The position numbers and the translations under genes were made by a program. Of a stretch of 29,248 bases of DNA, positions 23,177-29,248 are shown piece after piece. The DNA comes from Octopus sinensis (taxonomy: Eukaryota). The stretch lies in contig NW_021832922.1 of the NCBI RefSeq assembly GCF_006345805.1, positions 1 through 29,248 on the forward strand, given 5' to 3'. Each line of letters begins with the position of its first letter. The first letter of the stretch is position 1. The notes under the pieces are model-generated. The model worked only from the letters and a program-made list of their open reading frames with translations. It ran no database searches and was not told the origin of the DNA.

Positions 23177-24986
23177 TCGAATGGCTATGAGGGAGCACTC
23201 GAGTAAAACTGGAATCAAAATCAGGCAAAATATGATTGAGGACCCCTTATTTGTATGGGGTTTGGAACACAAATTCACATTAAAATAGAATAATTAAGGT
23301 GAAGTATTCTATGATATTACGTTTAATAAACTTGTGAGATAAGGCCGAGAAGATACAAGATGAAATACAGAGATGAAATACAGAGTAAACTATAGAATTC
23401 TTTTCTACTCTAGTTTTATGGAATAAATGACTCCCAAACTCGGATTCAGCATGAAAAAGTACACCAATATACCTATTTGAAAATTTTCACTTAATTTTGA
23501 AATGTCAAAATCTGTGAAAACAGAAAAGATCTCTTTCAATCACTCATTTTTCGTTTTTCTGATGGTAAATTTTCCCCTCTCTGTACATTTTTATCACTCT
23601 CTCTCACTCTCTATAAAAGTATATAGCTTACGCTGTGTATGTGTGTGTGTGTGTGTGAGCGTGTGTATATGGATGTGTGCATAACCACCCACAAACATAA
23701 CAACATTCACTCTCATTCATATAGTAGGGTGACAGAGCAATTTTAAAAAGGTATGAGAAGGATATTTTATTTTAATAGCATACTTTTCTGTTAGCAAATG
23801 TTTTTACTTACACTTGCACGCACGCACACACATACACACACACACGTGCACACACACACGTGCACACACTCGCTTGATGTGGGTTGGGGTTAAATATTTA
23901 AATTACAATTTTTTTTATCGTTGCTTAAATCACAGCAATGGACCATAGTATCCTCATTCAATAGAATGTGTTTATGTGGAGAAAAATATTAAAAAAACCC
24001 AAAGATACGAGGAAAGTAACAGGTGGTCGTGGGATGTGCTAGAAACAGCAGATAAATGCTCCTTAAATCTACCATTTCATCTGAAAATTATTTTGAATTT
24101 ATAAACAAAAGCCGATTTCAGAATCGCACCGTCCGTATTTTAAAACTAAGATTTAAGACGAAAATCGAAAAAGAGCCAAATTTTAGAATTTGAAGCGGTG
24201 AGGCGGGATTAATGAAAATATTTTTTTAAAATTTCACTATTGTTTTAAAATCACGTTTCATTTTCTGTTTGAACGCAAAAGGAAGTGGGGAACTGTAATG
24301 CTGGTCTCCGATCTGCAAAACCTTTTTTTAACCTTCAAGGCTTCTTCCATCGCTTTTAAGTGCGTAGTGCAGAAAAAGCATCGGCCAAAATCGGTAGGGG
24401 GGGGGGGCGGAAAATTAATAAATTTTCAATTATTTCTTTTTAATCACCGAAAATATGAATATATAAACGCCCTCGCGCAAGCCGCATGACGCGAGTACAA
24501 TCGCTCATACAAGCACACGCGAAATTGTGAGCATACGTGTACGTTAGGTCTAATGTACTCACGATCACAAAGCAAATTAGATAGCTACTTATGGAGGTTA
24601 AAAGTAAACTTAATTCAGCCATACTTTAAAATGAATTACGTTAACAGTTACTCAAAATTCATTCCCGCTGCATTGTGCGAAAGTACATTTATATGCGTGT
24701 AGGCATCTCGAGAGTCTTTCAAAAGTTTTATTAATGATCTTCTTATTAGTCCACAGAATAAACAGAGATTCTTCGGAGCAGAGACGGCCTCTCCTACAAA
24801 TTATGTTGTATGGTATCGCGTGCCTTACTATGGACCAAGTTATACTGTACTTCTAGCTTCCTTCAGTCGCCATACAGAATCGGCGAAAGATGTTGAATAT
24901 CTCTTATTGATTAACTTAAAGCTGGCGACATGGCTACGATAATAATTCTTAAATGAATCAGCCGTCTGTCCAATGTAAAAATACAT

Positions 24987-25018
<32 letters not shown>

Positions 25019-25100
25019 TATATAAAGGATCGTAAAGCCAAAACAATGCGAAGTAAATGCATGGTAAATCACAAGAAAACAAATATATGAATTAATGCTG

Positions 25101-25110
25101 ACTTACCTTG
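25101..25110 (-). promoter_or_regulatory. Consensus splice donor CAAG|GTAAGT (candidate exon ends at 25107)
   Basis: Perfect donor consensus at the edge of a non-repetitive, CpG-containing block. Confidence 0.45.
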
Positions 25111-25799
25111 TATTTAATATTTCGGGGTTATGACCCCATTTTCAAGAAGATAAACGAATGTTGCCGATGTGCGCGCGTGTGAGCGTGTGTGGAGTGGACA
25201 TGCGCGGAAAGGTGTTGGTATAGCAATCAGTTAGCTTCCTGTAACTCTCTTCTGTTGTTGAACTTAGGTTTCTTTTGGTGTATGAGGATGGCTTCAGAAA
25301 TTCTAAGGTTGCCTCTATTCCGCTGTGTTGCCTTAATGTGTGCTGTGAATTCCCCGGATCTGGTATTTCCGTAGACGTTTCTTCACGGAAGTGTCTGCGT
25401 GCGTGTGCTTCCTATGTATATATATACATACGTGTGTGTGTGTACGTTCATATCGAACGGTGAGAATGCATGATCAACACCGCATTGGTGGCTAAATAGT
25501 TTTCCTTTGTGGATTAACAAGGCTACCAATGGTTCCATGTAAGGAGTTATCTCTTAACAATTTTCAAGCCACATGGGAATGGTACTCATCTTCAGTTTGG
25601 AGGCAAATACACATACACAGACATATTTCAATAAACATATTATCAATTATTGTTATATAAAATACAGTGGTAAGTCAAACATTTATTGAACGATCAAGTC
25701 ATTACATTTAACTAAAGCACTACACTTTTTTTGAAGAAAAATAAAGCTGATTATGACTTCAACTTGTGTGAGTGTGTGATAGATATAGTACAATATAAT

Positions 25800-26108
25800 T
25801 AATGTGGTTAGGGCATTCGGCTCATGATCGTAAGGTCGTGAGTTCAATTCCCAACGACGCGTTGTATCCTTGAGCAAGACACTTTATTTCACGTTGCTCC
25901 AGTCCACTCAGCTGGGAAAAATGAATAACACCTGTATTTCAAAGGGCCAGCCCTGGCAGAGTCTATGTCATACTGAATCTCCCTAAAAACTACATTAAGG
26001 ATACACGGGTCTGTGGAGTGCTCAGCCAATGTACGTTAAATTCGCGAGCAAGCTGTTCCGTTGATCGGATCAACTGAACCCACGTCGTCGTAACCGACGG
26101 AGTGCCAA
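25800..26108 (+). mobile_element. SINE with family C head/core and an alternative 3' half
   Basis: gtggttagggc..gagttcaattcc..ttgagcaagacactttatttcacgttgctccagtccactcagctgg, then sequence unrelated to 10910-11010. Confidence 0.85.
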
Positions 26109-26370
26109 TTGATTAATATATATATATATATATATTATATATTATATATATATATATATATACGTATATATATATATTATATCATATAATATATATATAT
26201 ATATATAATATATATAATATATATATATATATATATTATATATGTACACACACGCACGCACATATATATATATATAGTATATAATATGAACACTCGATAA
26301 GCAAACGTACGCCAACATCTCCATAAATTCTTTACACTTTAGCAACCGCCCCATACGCCCATACAAACAC

Positions 26371-26410
<40 letters not shown>

Positions 26411-27070
26411 CCGCACTGGTTTCGTTTTTCACCCACAGTTGGGTTATGTTTCAACGTGCACCAACTTAGCACAGTCTACAGGAGAGAAACCATTTCCTAT
26501 GATAGATATACTTGCGAGTATGTATGTATGTATGTATGTATATATGTATGTATGTATGTATGACTGTGTCTATGTATATATATATATATATATATTTGGG
26601 TGTATGTGTGTGTTTCGTGTTCGTACAGGCGTGTGTCATAGATATAATATAATATAATTAATGTTAAAATATTCATATCTCTGAACAGCTATTTATTTTC
26701 TCACTAGTATTTTCTTTCAATGGCAGATATCGTGGTGAGACGTACAAGTTTACAACGAAGATGTTTTTGAGTGTTTGCTTCGCGGTTTCAGTTTCCCATT
26801 AGAACTATTTCAAGACAGTTAACAACGCTGTGCACTCAGTCTAGATACGTACGTGTAAACTTGAAAAGAAGATTCGCCGGGCCATGATATGTGTAGATTT
26901 CAATGTACGTTCCTTGGTAGTTTGATAGATGAAATAACTCCAATTCTTTATTCAAAGTATATTATTTGAATTACATACGCCATAAATGCGACAACTTCTC
27001 TAAGTATCACGGAAGACGTAATTGTTGTATCTTGCTGAAGGCAGGGGCTTCTAATAATCCTTTCCACTAA

Positions 27071-27369
27071 GGCAGCGAGCTGGCAGAAACGTTAGCACGC
27101 CGGGCGAAATGCTTAGCGGTATTTCGTCTGCCGTTACGTTCTGAGTTCAAATTCCGCCGAGGTCGCTTTGCCTTTTATCCTTTCGGGGCCGATAGATTAA
27201 GCACTGGGGTCGATGTAATTGACTTATTCCCTTTGTCTGTCCTTGTTTGCCCCCTCTATGTTTAGCCCCTTGTGGATAATAAAGAATTAGGTATTTCGTC
27301 TGTCTTTACGTTCCGAGTTGAAATTCCGCCGAGGTCAACTTTGCCTTTTATCCTTTCGGGGTCGATAAA
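27071..27369 (+). mobile_element. Dimeric SINE family B (second monomer truncated)
   Basis: ggcagcgagctggcagaaacgttagc..gagttcaaattcc..tail ctttgtctgtccttgtttg..aaagaatta, then a second monomer from about 27291. Confidence 0.9.
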
Positions 27370-27387
27370 TACAGCGTAAACTATAGA

Positions 27388-27600
27388 ATTCTTTTCTACT
27401 CTAGGCAAAAGGCCCGACATTTTGGGGTAGGGTGCTAGTCGATTAGATCGATCCCAGTACGCAACTGGTACTTAATTTATCGACCCCGAAAGGATAAAAG
27501 GTAAAGTCGACCTCGAAGGAATTTGAACTCAGAACGTGCAACAGACGAAATGCTCAGCGGTATTTCGTCTGGCGTGCTAACGATTCTGCTAGCTCGCCGA
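27388..27600 (-). mobile_element. SINE family B monomer, inverted relative to 27071-27369
   Basis: Collinear with 20137-20345. Confidence 0.9.
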
Positions 27601-27740
27601 CTTAACCTTAAGAAATATTCTTCTCTACCCTAGGCACAAGCCCCGAAATTTTGGGGGAGGGTGAAAGTGAACGTCAATAATTAAAAACGAAAACAAAGAT
27701 AAAATATGAAAAATAAACTATACAACGGTCATAAAATAAA

Positions 27741-27982
27741 AAGCTTGCTTACCAACCACATGGTTCTGGGTTCAGTCCCACTGCGTGGCACCTTGGGTGT
27801 CTTCTGCTATAGCCTCAGGCCAACCAAAGCCTCTTGAGTGGATTTGGTAGAAGAAAGCTGAAAGAAGACCGTCGTAGATGTATATGTGTGTATGTCTGTG
27901 TGTCTATGTTCGGCCGCCCCCACCCCCATCGCTTGACAACCAATGCTAGTGTGTTTACGTCCCCGTAACTTAAATGTTCGAC
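27741..27982 (+). mobile_element. SINE family A, truncated
   Basis: aagcttgcttaccaaccacatggttctgggttcagtcccactgcgtggcaccttggg. Confidence 0.88.
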
Positions 27983-28320
27983 ATTATTATTATTTTTTAA
28001 ATACCAAGAACAATATTCAAAAAAATATTTTTAAAAGATATATAAGAAAACCATGGCAAAACAAGAAATAACCCATTCATTCTTTCACATTATTATAAAA
28101 ATCATATATATGTTATTATAATAACAATACGCTATTTATTTATGGGTAAATAGCAAAATAATATATTTAAAATACTGTATCATCTCTAATCAAATAGCAA
28201 ATAATATCATAAATTAAATTGCATTAATTACTTATAATAACCATTACTAAAAATCAAAGATTCATAATTAAAAATTACGTAGTTTATATAAGACAAAAGT
28301 TTCAAAAAACATTATCATAA

Positions 28321-28488
28321 TACATTATTTACATTTGACGGATATTTGTCCTCATCTTCTTTGTTGTTAATTCTCTCGCAGCCTTCATCAGGTGTCTAGG
28401 GGAAATTTCGAAGCTGGGTTCTCATTCCAAGGTAGTTTTTCGATGTTGTTATTATTATTATTATTATTTATTATTATTATTATTATTA

Positions 28489-28523
<35 letters not shown>

Positions 28524-28565
28524 CATTATTATTATATATTATTATTATTATTATTATTATTATTA

Positions 28566-28620
<55 letters not shown>

Positions 28621-28736
28621 ATCATCCAGGTCACTGCCTGGAATCGAACTGCGTTTACAACAAACAAGATGGGGACAAACATCCGTCAAATGTAAATAAT
28701 ATACATAATTTTTCGTCTCTTAAATATAGAACTGTA
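28321..28736 (-). mobile_element. Family D second composite copy with inverted 3' end; ribozyme partly deleted
   Basis: 3' module 28321-28445, (TAT)n, tRNA 3' part 28627-28650, inverted 3' end plus tail 28655-28736. Confidence 0.85.
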
Positions 28737-28884
28737 TAATAACATTAATTCCGTAGAAATTAAATAAACGCTGAATTAACCAGTTACCCCCACCCAAAGA
28801 ATTTAATCATACGGACTTCATAAATGTCCTTTTGATAATTACTCATTTCCATACTAAAAAAGAATAATGCTAAAATTAATAAAC

Positions 28885-28990
28885 TGCCTGTATTTGTCCC
28901 ACACCACTGCTTGACAACCGGTGTTGGCGTATTTACGTCACCATAACTTAGAATAAGTACCTGTACGACACAATAAGTACTAGGCTTTAA
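28885..28990 (+). mobile_element. SINE family A, internal fragment
   Basis: tttgtccc..gcttgacaaccggtgttggcgtatttacgtc..taactta..taagtactaggctt. Confidence 0.75.
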
Positions 28991-29248
28991 AAGCAATATA
29001 TATGCGTTTGTGAATTTGTGTTGCAAAATTCCTGATGTAAAGTTGTGTATTGAAACAGATATTGTATTTCGGGACGGCCACACTCACTATATATTCGTTT
29101 TTCACTTGTTTATTGCTGTTCTTTTTCTGAACTCGTATCCATTGTTCGGAAATCTTTCGTCTTCAGCGACATTTTCCTTCCTTGTGTACGCTCCTTCTCC
29201 GCTTACACCATTAAGTGGAGCAGAGAAGAAACAGGAAACAAAACAATT

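Noticed and set aside
24817-24827. 11-nt complement to the miR-124 5' end (cgcgtgcctta)
   Set aside because: The match stops at 11 nt, there is no precursor hairpin or 3'UTR evidence, and it is not significant given the many possible miRNAs

Overview
This is AT-rich, microsatellite-dense eukaryotic non-coding DNA. The SINE families resemble those I recall from octopus (coleoid cephalopod), which is an inference. No protein-coding exon can be supported: nearly all ORFs in the track are translations of microsatellites or SINEs. The window is a mosaic of three SINE families with Pol III-type heads (labelled A, B, C here), an older dispersed repeat (E), fold-back/MITE-like inverted repeats and a 5S rRNA-derived fragment. 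A few minus-strand splice signals suggest much of the window lies within the intron(s) of a 5'UTR or lncRNA. The most notable element is family D. It consists of a tRNA-like Pol III head, an (AAT)n linker and a 3' module carrying a minimal type I hammerhead ribozyme. Two of its insertions have the Penelope-like architecture of an inverted 3'-end copy with an extra ~28-nt tail, and one has a clear target-site duplication. It looks like a hammerhead-bearing SINE mobilised by a Penelope-like retroelement. All alignments were done by eye, so coordinates of diverged copies are approximate.
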